Shown: positions 1 to 10,512, numbered from the stretch's first letter. The stretch is 64,000 bases of DNA from an uncultured bacterium (GCA_963991985.1 CAXDRX010000006.1:7499-71498); one strand, 5' to 3'. The notes: generated by a model from the sequence alone, not told the origin. A program made the numbers and translations.

Positions 1-65
1 GTAACTGCCATGACCTTAAAGGATTGCGAAAATAGAACAGAAACAGTGAAAAAAAAATATTAAAA

Positions 66-971
66 ATGTTTAAAAATAAATTTTGGACCAAAACAATCGC
101 AAACATGAGCGAACTCGGTGCTGGAACAAGAGGTGCAAGTTTAGGGCTCCAAGCTTTGCAGCTTATTGATAAAGAAAATCGTTTTTTCAGTCAAGTAGAA
201 CACATACCCAATTCAAACGAGAAAATATTGAATTCATCATTCAAAATGCCTGAGTTAATGTCATCCATTGCTGAAATCAATAAAACAGCATGTGATCGCA
301 TCTCAAAATCGCTCGAAAATCACGCCAGAATTTTGTATATGACGGGAGATCACAGCAATGCAATCGGTGGAATTTGTGGGCTAAAAAAGTACGCTGGACA
401 GCAACCCATCGGCGTTGTATGGATCGATGCTCATGGCGATTTACATACCCCACAAACCACTCCCAGCGGCAACCTGCATGGTATGCCTTTAGGAGCATGC
501 CTTGATTTAAACAAAATTTCAAATCCCCATGCATGGGGAAAACTCACTTCTATTTCTGGTCATTCCCCTGCCCTCTCTCCTGAAGATATCAGATTCATTG
601 GGATCCGTGATTTAGAAAAAATTGAATGGGATGAGATTGAGAAAAACAATATGCACTTCAAAAGTGTCTCCGATGTGAGAAATATTGGGGCATGCCAAAT
701 GGCGGAAAAATGTTTGAAGAGTTTATCCAATGTTAATTTCATTTATGTATCTTTTGATGTGGATGCTTTAGATCCAAATATTTCGAGAGGAACCGGCACA
801 CCAGTGAAGAATGGATTTCAACCCAATGAAATTTTAGAAATGTTGAGTGTTTTTTTACAAGAAGATAAAGTAAGAGTACTGGAGATCACAGAAATCAATC
901 CCCTATTGGACAATAAAAATAAAATGGCCCAAACCATTTTAGAAATGTTGAACAATCTTTCCCAACAATAA
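66..971 (+). CDS. Arginase/agmatinase/formiminoglutamase-family metal-dependent hydrolase
   Basis: Arginase-family motifs GDHSNAIGG, VWIDAHGDLHTP, SFDVDALDP and GTGTPV are present. The 301 aa length fits arginase. I cannot separate arginase (rocF) from formiminoglutamase (hutG) by sequence alone. Confidence 0.75.
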   Translation: MFKNKFWTKTIANMSELGAGTRGASLGLQALQLIDKENRFFSQVEHIPNSNEKILNSSFKMPELMSSIAEINKTACDRISKSLENHARILYMTGDHSNAIGGICGLKKYAGQQPIGVVWIDAHGDLHTPQTTPSGNLHGMPLGACLDLNKISNPHAWGKLTSISGHSPALSPEDIRFIGIRDLEKIEWDEIEKNNMHFKSVSDVRNIGACQMAEKCLKSLSNVNFIYVSFDVDALDPNISRGTGTPVKNGFQPNEILEMLSVFLQEDKVRVLEITEINPLLDNKNKMAQTILEMLNNLSQQ

Positions 972-1054
972 GTTGTTTAAAAGATTTAGAAGGAAACCTT
1001 CAACATTATAGCCTCATTTCTGTTCAAAAAATATAATTTCGAACCTCAAGAAAT

Positions 1055-1375
1055 ATGGCAAAAGAATTCACAGAAGCGAATTGGGAACAAGAAGTTCTCA
1101 AAGCAGACAAACCCGTACTTGTAGATTTTTGGGCAGAATGGTGTGGACCGTGTAGAATGGTTGGCCCTGTTGTTGAAGAAATAGCAAATGAATATGAAGA
1201 CAAAGCATTTGTTGGAAAATTGAATGTTGACGAACAACCTGCCATTTCTATGAAATATGGCATTAGAAGCATTCCAACCTTATTGGTTTTCAAAGGGGGC
1301 GAAGTAGTGGAAAAAGTGGTTGGCGCTGTCCCAAAAAATTCCATTACGGAAAAAATAGACAATCAGCTAGGGTAA
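1055..1375 (+). CDS. trxA: Thioredoxin
   Basis: 106 aa with the WCGPC active site and typical thioredoxin spacing (VDFWAEWCGPCR ... IPTLLVFKGG). Confidence 0.9.
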   Translation: MAKEFTEANWEQEVLKADKPVLVDFWAEWCGPCRMVGPVVEEIANEYEDKAFVGKLNVDEQPAISMKYGIRSIPTLLVFKGGEVVEKVVGAVPKNSITEKIDNQLG

Positions 1376-1420
1376 GCGTTTTTAACAAATTTCATTTTAT
1401 AGTTTTGAGCGCTCTCCAGT

Positions 1421-2344
1421 TTGCCAAACCGCCCTTTTATGCCTTTAAGTAGAAAGGATTACAGCGTCTCGAATCGGCTAATGCTTCTCGCAAAACAAGC
1501 TGTAGAAGGGTTTATCAGCGGTCTTCACAAAAGTCCTTACCAAGGTTTCTCCGTTGAGTTCTCAGAGCATAGGGCATACAATATTGGTGAGTCTGTAAAG
1601 CATATTGACTGGAGACTTTATGCTAGAACAGATAAACTTTTTAGTAAGAAATATGAAGAGGAAACCAATCTCCGAGCGCTGATTGTCTTAGACAATTCTT
1701 CTTCTATGTATTATCCACAAGAAGGCGAAAGCAAGCTGGGTTCGTCAGTGATCTGTGCAGCTGGCTTGTTGTACTTGTTGCAAAAACAACAAGACGCTTT
1801 CGGCCTATGTTTCTTTCATCAAAAAATTGAAAACCAAACCCCCATCAAGTCTTCACCAGAACATCTTTCCTACCTCTTGGAACTTTTGGAGAAAGAGTTC
1901 TCAATTGAAAATAAGCCCTTTTTTAAAACAAATATTCACCATGCTTTACATCAAATTGCAGAAACCACAAGCAAAGGGTCTTTGGTCGTTTTATTTTCTG
2001 ATTTCTTGCAAAATTCTGAGGATGAAATTTTCTCTGCTTTGGGTCATTTGAAGTTCAATCGCCATGAGATTATTGTTTTCCATGTTTTCGATCAACCTAC
2101 TGAAAAATCATTTTCCTTCCAGAATCGTCCCTACACATTCGAGGACTTGGAATCGGGAGAGAAAATAAAAGTGGAGCCAGATTCAATAAGAGAAGCGATA
2201 GAACTTGAAACCGATTTACAACACAGAAATTTAAAAGAAAAATGTGCCAAATTAGGCATAGATTATGTTCCAATAAACCTAGAAAACCCAATCCCTCAGG
2301 TCTTGACTACTTTTTTGCAAAAAAGAACAAAGATAAAGGGCTAA
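1421..2344 (+). CDS. DUF58-family protein (vWA-like, normally MoxR-associated)
   Basis: The N-terminal block FSGLHKSPYQGFSVEFSEHRAYNIGESVKHIDWRLYART is characteristic of DUF58. No MoxR ATPase or vWA partner lies next to it in this window. Confidence 0.65.
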   Translation: MPNRPFMPLSRKDYSVSNRLMLLAKQAVEGFISGLHKSPYQGFSVEFSEHRAYNIGESVKHIDWRLYARTDKLFSKKYEEETNLRALIVLDNSSSMYYPQEGESKLGSSVICAAGLLYLLQKQQDAFGLCFFHQKIENQTPIKSSPEHLSYLLELLEKEFSIENKPFFKTNIHHALHQIAETTSKGSLVVLFSDFLQNSEDEIFSALGHLKFNRHEIIVFHVFDQPTEKSFSFQNRPYTFEDLESGEKIKVEPDSIREAIELETDLQHRNLKEKCAKLGIDYVPINLENPIPQVLTTFLQKRTKIKG

Positions 2345-3003
2345 GCTTCTATTTTACCATCTCTGAGACGTATTATCCTATCTGTCTGGCTCGCAATCTC
2401 ATGTTCATGAGTTACAACAATAATGGTTTTCTTGTCTTGATTAATTGTCTTGATTAAATCCATTATTTCTTGGCTAGTCTTAGAGTCTAACGCACCGGTA
2501 GGCTCATCAGCCAAAATTAGTTTAGGAGATGTCGCCAGCGCCCTGGCAATGGCTACCCTTTGTTTTTGCCCTCCCGAAAGTTGACTTGGTAAATGGTGTT
2601 GCCAGTCTAACAGTCCAACTTTTTCTAAAAAATAAATCGCCTTTTCGTTTCTTTCGTTTCGTTTAACTCCCTGATAATACAAAGGCAAAGCCACATTTTC
2701 CAGAGCATTTTTAAATTGAATGAGGTTAAAAGATTGAAAAACAAAACCAATACTCTTGCTTCGTAATTTGGCTGCCCTTGTTTCATTTAAGGTTTCAATC
2801 AGTTTATCGTCAAGATAATAGGAGCCTTTGTCATAATCATCCAAAAGACCTAAAATATTGAGCAAAGTGGATTTTCCAGAACCCGAAGAACCCATAATAG
2901 AAACCAACTCTCCTTCATCAACTTGCATATCAATACCCTTTAGTACTTTCAACCTCCTTCCACTTATTTGGTAAGATTTTTCTATTCCTTCCAACTTCAG
3001 CAT
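2341..3003 (-). CDS. ABC transporter ATP-binding protein (LolD/MacB-type)
   Basis: Walker A GSSGSGKST, ABC signature LSGGQKQRVAIARAL, Walker B LILADEPT and an H-loop. No permease gene is adjacent. Confidence 0.85.
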   Translation of the reverse strand: MLKLEGIEKSYQISGRRLKVLKGIDMQVDEGELVSIMGSSGSGKSTLLNILGLLDDYDKGSYYLDDKLIETLNETRAAKLRSKSIGFVFQSFNLIQFKNALENVALPLYYQGVKRNERNEKAIYFLEKVGLLDWQHHLPSQLSGGQKQRVAIARALATSPKLILADEPTGALDSKTSQEIMDLIKTINQDKKTIIVVTHEHEIASQTDRIIRLRDGKIEA

Positions 3004-3005
3004 TG

Positions 3006-5093
3006 CTATGCGATATTAGACCAATCTTTCAATTTATCTTTTGATTTCAAGTAATTTTTCAAAGGTTTGTTTTCCTGACTATCCAAATTTGGATCTTGAA
3101 GAATTAATCTTTGCGCAGCTTCTCTGCATTCAATCAGTAGTTGCTCATCTTCAACAATGCTGGTTAGCTTCAGCTCAGGCCCCCCACTCTGTCTTGTTCC
3201 ATCCATTTCTCCAGGTCCACGAAGTTTTAAATCATACTCCGCCAGTTTAAACCCGTCATTGGTATGTACCATGGCTGCCAAACGTTTTTGTGATGTTTCT
3301 GATATTTTAGTACCTGCCATCATAATACAATAACTTTGGTGCTTTCCTCTCCCTACTCTTCCCCTCAATTGGTGCAGTTGAGACAATCCAAATTTTTCAC
3401 TACTTTCAATTATCATTATGGTTGCATTTGGAACATTCACACCAACCTCAACTACAGTAGTAGCGACCAAAATATGGCTTACACCCTCTTCAAATCTTTT
3501 CATGGCAGCCCTTTTCTCAGAAGGGGTCATCCCCCCATGAAGCATATCCAATTGATAGGCCGGTCGTTCAAAATATGACACCAATTGGTCAAAACCATGA
3601 TACAAATTTTTATAATTCAATTTGTCGGACGCCTCAATGAGCGGGTAAACAAAGTAGACTTGTCTGCCCTTTTTTATTTCTTCTTTTACAAATTGGTAAA
3701 CTCTTAACCTTTCACGTTCGGACCGAACTGCAGTTTTTATCGGTTTTCTTCCCAAGGGCAATTCATTAATCTTAGATACATCCAAGTCGCCATAAAAGCT
3801 CAATGCCATGGTTCTGGGAATGGGCGTTGCCGTCATGACCAAAAAATGAGGATGTTGATTGCCTTTGTTTAACAATCTAGCCCTTTGAGCTACCCCAAAT
3901 CTGTGCTGTTCGTCAATAACAACCAATCCTAGTTTTTTAAATTGGACGTGATTCTCAATCAAAGCATGGGTACCAATAAGGATTTGACAATCACCGTTTT
4001 TCAGTAGCAAATCCAATTTTTTCCTTTCTGAGGTTTTCGTAGACCCCGTGAGTAAACCTATCTTTATCCCCATTGCAAACAGCAAATCTGAGAAAGACTT
4101 GTAATGTTGTTGTGCCAATATTTCCGTTGGTGCCATAATGGCTACTTGACAGCCATTATCAATGGCAATTAAAGCAATAAGAAGGGCAACGATTGTTTTT
4201 CCACTTCCCACATCTCCCTGTAAGAGTCGGTTCATTTGATGGCCCGATTTCAAATCGAGTTGAATTTCAGCAATTACTTTTTTTTGCGCCTCAGTAAGGT
4301 CAAAGGGCAAAATCTTTTTAAAAAACTCATTAAAATTATGAGCAATTTTTGGCATGAGTATTCCAGGGTAGCTGGTTTTTCTACCTTTTTGAATCAATAA
4401 AAATCTTAATTGTAAAAAGAACAACTCTTCAAATTTCAACCTGCGAATGGCACGATTGAGCTCGATTTGATTTTTAGGAATATGAATATTTTTAAATGCC
4501 AAGCTTCTAGGAATCAATTCATGCTTTTTGATTAGGGAATCTGGCAAATTTTCAGGAATCCATATGTCTGGATGGTCAAAAAGGTTTTTAAAGAAGTCCC
4601 GAAAAACTTTTTGATCTAGTTTTCTTCTTTTTAGCATCTCCGTTGAAGGATAAACAGCCGCAAAATGTGAGGTCTCACTTTTTCCAGTCCAAAGACTAAG
4701 TTCAGGATGAGAAAAAGAAAATTGGCCTTTAAACCTACTGGGTTTCCCAAACAACAGATACTTACTCCCCTCCTGAAGATTCTTTTGTATCCATTGAATT
4801 TGTTTGAACCAAATCAAATTGACTTGCCCCGTGGAGTCAAAAAATTCGGCAAATAAGTAAGGTTTTCTTGGGTTGCCTAATTTTTTTATTTGTCCAATGG
4901 TACCAAGCAGTTGGACTTTAGACAATTCATTTTTCACCTCTCTAATGGCTAATATTTTCGTTCTATCTATATATCTCAGCGGGAAATGATAAAGCATATC
5001 CTCGATTGTTTGAAGGCCTAACTCTTTTTTTAAAAACTCAGCTCTTGATTCTCCAATGCCCTTAAGATATCTTATTTCAGAATATAACTTCAA
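3006..5093 (-). CDS. recG: ATP-dependent DNA helicase RecG
   Basis: 695 aa. It has a wedge/OB N-terminal region, helicase motifs GDVGSGKT, DEQHRFG and TATPIPRT, and a C-terminal TRG-like region. Confidence 0.9.
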   Translation of the reverse strand: MKLYSEIRYLKGIGESRAEFLKKELGLQTIEDMLYHFPLRYIDRTKILAIREVKNELSKVQLLGTIGQIKKLGNPRKPYLFAEFFDSTGQVNLIWFKQIQWIQKNLQEGSKYLLFGKPSRFKGQFSFSHPELSLWTGKSETSHFAAVYPSTEMLKRRKLDQKVFRDFFKNLFDHPDIWIPENLPDSLIKKHELIPRSLAFKNIHIPKNQIELNRAIRRLKFEELFFLQLRFLLIQKGRKTSYPGILMPKIAHNFNEFFKKILPFDLTEAQKKVIAEIQLDLKSGHQMNRLLQGDVGSGKTIVALLIALIAIDNGCQVAIMAPTEILAQQHYKSFSDLLFAMGIKIGLLTGSTKTSERKKLDLLLKNGDCQILIGTHALIENHVQFKKLGLVVIDEQHRFGVAQRARLLNKGNQHPHFLVMTATPIPRTMALSFYGDLDVSKINELPLGRKPIKTAVRSERERLRVYQFVKEEIKKGRQVYFVYPLIEASDKLNYKNLYHGFDQLVSYFERPAYQLDMLHGGMTPSEKRAAMKRFEEGVSHILVATTVVEVGVNVPNATIMIIESSEKFGLSQLHQLRGRVGRGKHQSYCIMMAGTKISETSQKRLAAMVHTNDGFKLAEYDLKLRGPGEMDGTRQSGGPELKLTSIVEDEQLLIECREAAQRLILQDPNLDSQENKPLKNYLKSKDKLKDWSNIA

Positions 5094-5094
5094 C

Positions 5095-6126
5095 TTATTG
5101 TTTTAACCAGGTTGACAAAAATGCGCCAAATTCCATCATCCATGCAATGCCAACATGGACGATAAACCCACCCCAAATGGATTTTCCGTAAAAGGTTATG
5201 ACCCCTAAAATAGTACCTCCAAAAAATGAGCTAATGGCTTCCCCCATTGGCTTTCCAAAGTGAATTACAACATAAAAAGTTGCTGCAGACAAGATGGCAT
5301 TTGGGCCTAGTATCCGGATGGCTCCCAAAAGTAAAAACCCTCGAAAAAACAACTCGATACTAAAAAAATCTAGTCCATAGAAAAGTTCATAAACAATAAA
5401 ATACTTCCAATGTTCTGGATTTTGTATTTGGTAAATGTACAAATATTTTGCCCTAGGATAAGCCCCCAAAAAATCACTTTGTGTAGATGCCAAAAAAATC
5501 AAGGGAAGCATAAATAATAACATAAAAAAGTATGGGGTTAAAGTGAAGTTTTTTGTGGTACAACCGTAAAATGCTTGTTTTTTCCGTTCAAATAGAATCC
5601 AAAAAAGAAAAATTGGAACAACTACAAGCATCAATCTGAAAATTGAGTTTGCGATTCTTGCCCAAAATATTTTATGCAAAGACTCGCCATAGAAAAAGCT
5701 AAGCCAGCCATTAAAGTGGTAGTAGGAGAATCGAATAGAAAAGATAAACGTAGAAAAAAGAATAAAAAAATAAAAAAATCCTTTCCTAAAGTGAGTGAAG
5801 TCTTGACTAAAAAATGACTGGATAATGAAAGGAGTCAAAAAAACAAAAACAAAAAGAATCCAATAGACAAATACAACTTCAGGCTGGGCTCCATAGGTGT
5901 GTCGAATCCATGAAAAAAGGCCTAAACCCCAATTGGCATAAACCAAAATTGCGTTGAACAACAAAATCAACAAAAAGGAAGGCCATCGAAATGAATCTTC
6001 ATGAAAGGCTTTAAAATAGGCTAGGATATTCTTCACGATACAAATTAAAAAGAAACATGTATATATCTTGTGAATCAATATTAAAAGTGGCCATCTACCT
6101 TTGGCGTAATGCCCAAATTTTCGCAT
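5095..6126 (-). CDS. CPBP-family (CAAX) intramembrane metalloprotease
   Basis: Polytopic membrane protein. The C-terminal region carries EELFFRG (EExxxR-like), FYVVIHF (FxxxH) and a third His motif typical of CPBP proteases. Its 5' end overlaps the dnaE start divergently. Confidence 0.6.
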   Translation of the reverse strand: MRKFGHYAKGRWPLLILIHKIYTCFFLICIVKNILAYFKAFHEDSFRWPSFLLILLFNAILVYANWGLGLFSWIRHTYGAQPEVVFVYWILFVFVFLTPFIIQSFFSQDFTHFRKGFFYFFILFSTFIFSIRFSYYHFNGWLSFFYGESLHKIFWARIANSIFRLMLVVVPIFLFWILFERKKQAFYGCTTKNFTLTPYFFMLLFMLPLIFLASTQSDFLGAYPRAKYLYIYQIQNPEHWKYFIVYELFYGLDFFSIELFFRGFLLLGAIRILGPNAILSAATFYVVIHFGKPMGEAISSFFGGTILGVITFYGKSIWGGFIVHVGIAWMMEFGAFLSTWLKQ

Positions 6127-9100
6127 TTACACTGCCATACTCAATTTTCTTTGCTTGACGGTGCTGCAAAAATTCCAGATATGATTGCCAAAGCCAAAGA
6201 GGATGAGCAGCCTGCTGTTGCAATAACAGATCATGGGAATATGTTTGGGGCTTTTCATTTTGTGAATGAAGCCACAAAAGCAGGTGTAAAACCAATTGTA
6301 GGTTGTGAATTTTATTTGGTAGAAGACAGACACAGGCAACAGTTTAGCAAAGGAGAAAAAGACATAAGATACCATCAACTTCTTTTGGCCAAAAACCAAA
6401 AAGGGTATCAGAATTTGGCTAAGTTATGTTCCTTAGGATACATAGAAGGTCTTTATGGCAAGTTCCCTCGGATAGACAAAAATCTACTTGAAAAATACAA
6501 AGATGGCTTAATCGCAACTTCATGTTGCATTGGTGCAGAAATTCCACAGACCATCCTATCCAAAGGAACAAAAGAAGCCGAACAAAAACTTAAATGGTGG
6601 ATAGACCAGTTTGGCGATGATTACTACATTGAATTGCAGAGACATGACCTAAAAAACATTGATCAATCGGGCATGAGCCAAGAAGATGTCAATCAAGTAC
6701 TTATAGATTTTGCCAAACAATACCAACTGAAAATAATCGCCACCAACGACAGTCATTACATTGAAGAAGAGGATTTCAATGCACATGATATTCTCCTTTG
6801 CATCAATACCGGAGATTTTAAAGAAACGCCCATTGGACAGGGAAAAGGTTATCGGTTTGGCTTCCCAAACAATCAATTCTTTTTCAAAACAACGGAACAA
6901 ATGATGAAGCTTTTTCATGATTTGCCCGAAGCCATAGACAATACAAACCTTCTTGTAGACAAGATTGAAGCCCCAAAAATCAAGAGAGATATTCTCATGC
7001 CCAATTTTGCCCTCCCCAATAATTTTAAAAGCCAAGATGAATACCTCAGACATTTGGTATACCAAGGGGCAAAAAAAAGATATGGAGAAATAACCGAGAC
7101 AATCAGAGAACGAATTGATTTTGAATTGGCAACGATTTCAGATTCAGGATATCCTGGTTATTTTTTGATTGTTCAGGATTTCACTTCCGCTGCAAGAAAA
7201 TTAAATGTTTCTGTTGGGCCAGGAAGGGGATCTGCAGCAGGCTCCGTTGTCTCCTATTGCACGGGAATCACCAATGTGGATCCCATCAAATATAATCTTC
7301 TTTTTGAACGATTTTTAAACCCCGAGAGAGTCAGTATGCCAGATATTGATATAGACTTTGATGATCGAGGTCGAGAAAAAGTAATTGATTACGTGATCGA
7401 CAAATATGGCAAAAATTGTGTCTCTCAAATCATTACGTATGGTTCTATGGCTGCAAAATCTTCTATTCGAGACGTTGGAAGGGTTTTGCAACTTCCATTG
7501 GACAAAACAGGCGAAATAGCCAAATTAATTCCCGAAGGAGGCAACCTAAACAAAATTTTTGCCTTAGATGAGAAAGGATTAAAGGAAAAATTCAAGGGCG
7601 ATGATTTTGAAAACATTAAAAAAATCAAAGCCTTTGCCAACTCAAAAAAATTGGAAAGCCAAGTGATAAAAGATGCACTAAAACTCGAGGGTTCTGTAAG
7701 GAATACGGGGGTGCATGCCTGTGGCGTCATCATCACTCCCGACGACATAACCAACCACATACCGGTGGCAAGAGCAAAAGGAACAGAACTCCTGATTACG
7801 CAATACGACAATGACTTGGTGGAAGATGCAGGCTTATTGAAAATGGATTTTTTAGGACTCAAAACACTCACCATTATTAAGGATTGTATCGCACTTATTG
7901 AAAAAAGACACAACATCGTCATCAATCCTGATGAAATATCCCTGGAGGACGAAAAAGCTTATAAAATTTTTCAAAAAGGACTAACCAACGGAATTTTTCA
8001 ATTTGAATCCGACGGCATGAAGGCGCACTTAAAATCTCTTAGACCATCCCAATTTAACGACATCATTGCAATGGCAGCCCTGTACCGTCCTGGTCCGATG
8101 GAATATATTCCTACCTACATCAAAAGAAAACATGGCAAAGAATCTGTCCACTATGACCACCCAGACATGGCAGAATATTTAGAAGAAACTTATGGGATAA
8201 CCGTTTACCAAGAACAGGTGATGTTGTTGTCACAAAAGTTGGCAAGCTTCTCAAAGGGTCAAGCAGACAAACTTCGGAAGGCTATGGGTAAAAAGAAAAA
8301 GGATCAAATTGATGCGATGAAACCTCTGTTTATGGAAAATTCTGCCCAAAACGGATATGAGCCAAAAACCATGGAAAAAGTTTGGAGCGATTGGGAAGCT
8401 TTTGCCTCGTATGCATTTAACAAAAGTCATTCCACATGCTATGCGCTAGTTGCTTTTCAGACTGCTTTTCTTAAAGGGAATTATACCGCCGAATTTATGG
8501 CTAGTTTGCTCACACACAATATGAACAATATGGACAAAATGAGCAAATACATCGAAGAATGTAAATTTTTCAACATAAAAGTTTTGGGTCCCGATGTGAA
8601 CGAATCAGACGCTCAGTTTTCAGTAAATGTCCAAGGTCAAATTCGATTTGGCTTAGAAGCAATTAAAGGTGTAGGAAGCGCGGCAGTGGAAAAACTTATC
8701 TCAGAGAGACAAATAAATGGAACCTTTGGCTCCATTTTTGATTTAACATCCCGCGTAGATTTGCGAGCGGTCAACAAAAAAACTTTGATGTCATTGGCCA
8801 CCGCAGGCTGCTTCGATAATTTTGAAAATACGCACCGAGCACAATACATAGCTGAGGAGAAAATGGAAGATACAGGCGTCGAATTGGCTGTAAAATTTGG
8901 TTCAAAAATCCAATTGGAGTCACAAAAAAACCAAAACAGCCTTTTTGGAGATAGCACTTTGGTGCAACTCTCTATCCCCAAACTTCCCGAATGCGAGGAA
9001 CTTACAATGATTCAGAAATTAAATCTTGAAAAAGAAATCATTGGAATGTATATCTCCGGACACCCCTTGGCTCAATTCAAAAACCAAATAAAATTCTTTT

Positions 9101-9678
9101 GTAATGCGCAGCTAAGCTTACTGGAAGAACCAACAGAAAAAATGCTCAATAAGGATTATATTGTTTCAGGTGTAGTTACCAAATTTCAGGAAGGTTTAAG
9201 CCGAAAAGGAGACAAATATTGTCATGTAGAATTGGAAGATTTTAAGAGCAGTTTCTCTTTTCGTTTGTACTCAGACGATTATGCAAAATTCAGTCATTAC
9301 CTTAAGGAAGGTGATCGAGTTGCCATCAAAATGCAACTCAAAAAATATTATTCGAACGATCGGTTTTTTTGGAAAACAATAGATGTTGTCTACCTAAACG
9401 ATGTGTTCCAAAAGTTTCTTAAAAAAGTAGAGCTAAAACTACCCGTTGAAACTGTCTCTCAAGATTTGGTGGAGCAACTGGAAAAACTGCATTCCTCAGA
9501 TGGACAAGTAGCCTTGGAAATTCAATTGTGGCAAAATCGAATCGACAATGAAAGCAAAAAGCAATTCAAACAAGATGTTTGTTTTAAAAGCGAAAAAATC
9601 AAATTAAGCAATCATGAGTTGGAGTGGATGGACAACTTGGATGCCATGGCTTTGTCCTATAAATTGTCTAGAAACTAG
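6109..9678 (+). CDS. dnaE: DNA polymerase III alpha subunit
   Basis: 1189 aa. The N-terminal PHP domain begins MPKFSHLHCHTQFSLLDGA. It has the polymerase core with a GSAAGS motif and a C-terminal OB fold. Confidence 0.95.
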   Translation: MPKFSHLHCHTQFSLLDGAAKIPDMIAKAKEDEQPAVAITDHGNMFGAFHFVNEATKAGVKPIVGCEFYLVEDRHRQQFSKGEKDIRYHQLLLAKNQKGYQNLAKLCSLGYIEGLYGKFPRIDKNLLEKYKDGLIATSCCIGAEIPQTILSKGTKEAEQKLKWWIDQFGDDYYIELQRHDLKNIDQSGMSQEDVNQVLIDFAKQYQLKIIATNDSHYIEEEDFNAHDILLCINTGDFKETPIGQGKGYRFGFPNNQFFFKTTEQMMKLFHDLPEAIDNTNLLVDKIEAPKIKRDILMPNFALPNNFKSQDEYLRHLVYQGAKKRYGEITETIRERIDFELATISDSGYPGYFLIVQDFTSAARKLNVSVGPGRGSAAGSVVSYCTGITNVDPIKYNLLFERFLNPERVSMPDIDIDFDDRGREKVIDYVIDKYGKNCVSQIITYGSMAAKSSIRDVGRVLQLPLDKTGEIAKLIPEGGNLNKIFALDEKGLKEKFKGDDFENIKKIKAFANSKKLESQVIKDALKLEGSVRNTGVHACGVIITPDDITNHIPVARAKGTELLITQYDNDLVEDAGLLKMDFLGLKTLTIIKDCIALIEKRHNIVINPDEISLEDEKAYKIFQKGLTNGIFQFESDGMKAHLKSLRPSQFNDIIAMAALYRPGPMEYIPTYIKRKHGKESVHYDHPDMAEYLEETYGITVYQEQVMLLSQKLASFSKGQADKLRKAMGKKKKDQIDAMKPLFMENSAQNGYEPKTMEKVWSDWEAFASYAFNKSHSTCYALVAFQTAFLKGNYTAEFMASLLTHNMNNMDKMSKYIEECKFFNIKVLGPDVNESDAQFSVNVQGQIRFGLEAIKGVGSAAVEKLISERQINGTFGSIFDLTSRVDLRAVNKKTLMSLATAGCFDNFENTHRAQYIAEEKMEDTGVELAVKFGSKIQLESQKNQNSLFGDSTLVQLSIPKLPECEELTMIQKLNLEKEIIGMYISGHPLAQFKNQIKFFCNAQLSLLEEPTEKMLNKDYIVSGVVTKFQEGLSRKGDKYCHVELEDFKSSFSFRLYSDDYAKFSHYLKEGDRVAIKMQLKKYYSNDRFFWKTIDVVYLNDVFQKFLKKVELKLPVETVSQDLVEQLEKLHSSDGQVALEIQLWQNRIDNESKKQFKQDVCFKSEKIKLSNHELEWMDNLDAMALSYKLSRN

Positions 9679-9681
9679 AAC

Positions 9682-10512
9682 CTAGAGCCCTTTGTTCCTC
9701 AAAATTGTGGACGCATTGGGTTGAGCAGTTGGCATGATAACCATATCATTGATGTTCACATGTCTGGGTTGGTTCAAAACCCAGTGCACTGCCTCTGCAA
9801 TATCTTCGGGTAGCAAATTTTCAAAGCCCAAATACACCTGTTCTGCTTTTTTCTTGTCTCCCTCGAATCGAACGATGCTAAATTCCGTGTCTACGGCGCC
9901 AGGATGAATCGCACTAACCTTAATACCTTTCTCGGCCAAATCCATCCGAAAAGACTTTGTCAAAGCATCGACCATATGTTTTGTTCCGCAATAAACATTC
10001 CCATTTGAATAAACTTCTTTCCCTGCTATAGACCCAATATTTATAATATGGCCATACTTGGGCAGCATTGGAATTACCATTTTACTTGTATACAAAAGAC
10101 CTTTGATGTTTGTATTTATCATGCTTTCCCAATGCTCAAGATTTCCTTCTTGTATTGGCCCAAAACCTAAGGCAAGTCCTGCATTGTTTATGAGTATATC
10201 TATCTTTTTAATTTTTAAAGAATGAAAGTTTTCTTGCACAGCTTCAAAATTTCTGACATCAAAGCACAACGTGGTCACCTCCACATCATAATTCTGAATC
10301 AGAAATTCTTTAATCTCTCGTAACCTTTGCTCACGCCGACCTGTGATAATGAGATGTTGAACGTCATTGGCTAGTATTTTTGCTATCGAATACCCAATAC
10401 CAGCAGTTGCTCCTGTGATGAATGCTGTTTTTCCCTTTATACTCTTTTCCACTTTTTTCTTTGGCGAAAGATATAATATATTGCGAAAAATGAATTGGAA
10501 AATTATAGACAA
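9682..10512 (-). CDS. SDR-family NAD(P)-dependent oxidoreductase
   Basis: TGATAGIG Rossmann motif, NAG, and a YCGTKH catalytic Tyr-x3-Lys. The ORF begins with TTG; the true start may lie a few codons further in. Confidence 0.8.
   Translation of the reverse strand: MSIIFQFIFRNILYLSPKKKVEKSIKGKTAFITGATAGIGYSIAKILANDVQHLIITGRREQRLREIKEFLIQNYDVEVTTLCFDVRNFEAVQENFHSLKIKKIDILINNAGLALGFGPIQEGNLEHWESMINTNIKGLLYTSKMVIPMLPKYGHIINIGSIAGKEVYSNGNVYCGTKHMVDALTKSFRMDLAEKGIKVSAIHPGAVDTEFSIVRFEGDKKKAEQVYLGFENLLPEDIAEAVHWVLNQPRHVNINDMVIMPTAQPNASTILRNKGL

Noticed and set aside
1024-1362. 112-aa and 63-aa minus-strand ORFs overlapping thioredoxin
   Set aside because: They are antisense to a highly conserved trxA CDS and their products are low-complexity. 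They are typical shadow ORFs.
6649-8981. Multiple 100-170-aa minus-strand ORFs inside dnaE
   Set aside because: They are antisense to a continuous 1189-aa polymerase CDS. The same applies to similar shadow ORFs inside recG, FTCD, gldM and recN.
10367-10486. N-terminal 40 codons of the 131-aa plus-strand ORF
   Set aside because: This part is fully antisense to the SDR Rossmann-fold region. The internal ATG at 10487 is the more plausible start of a small divergent gene.
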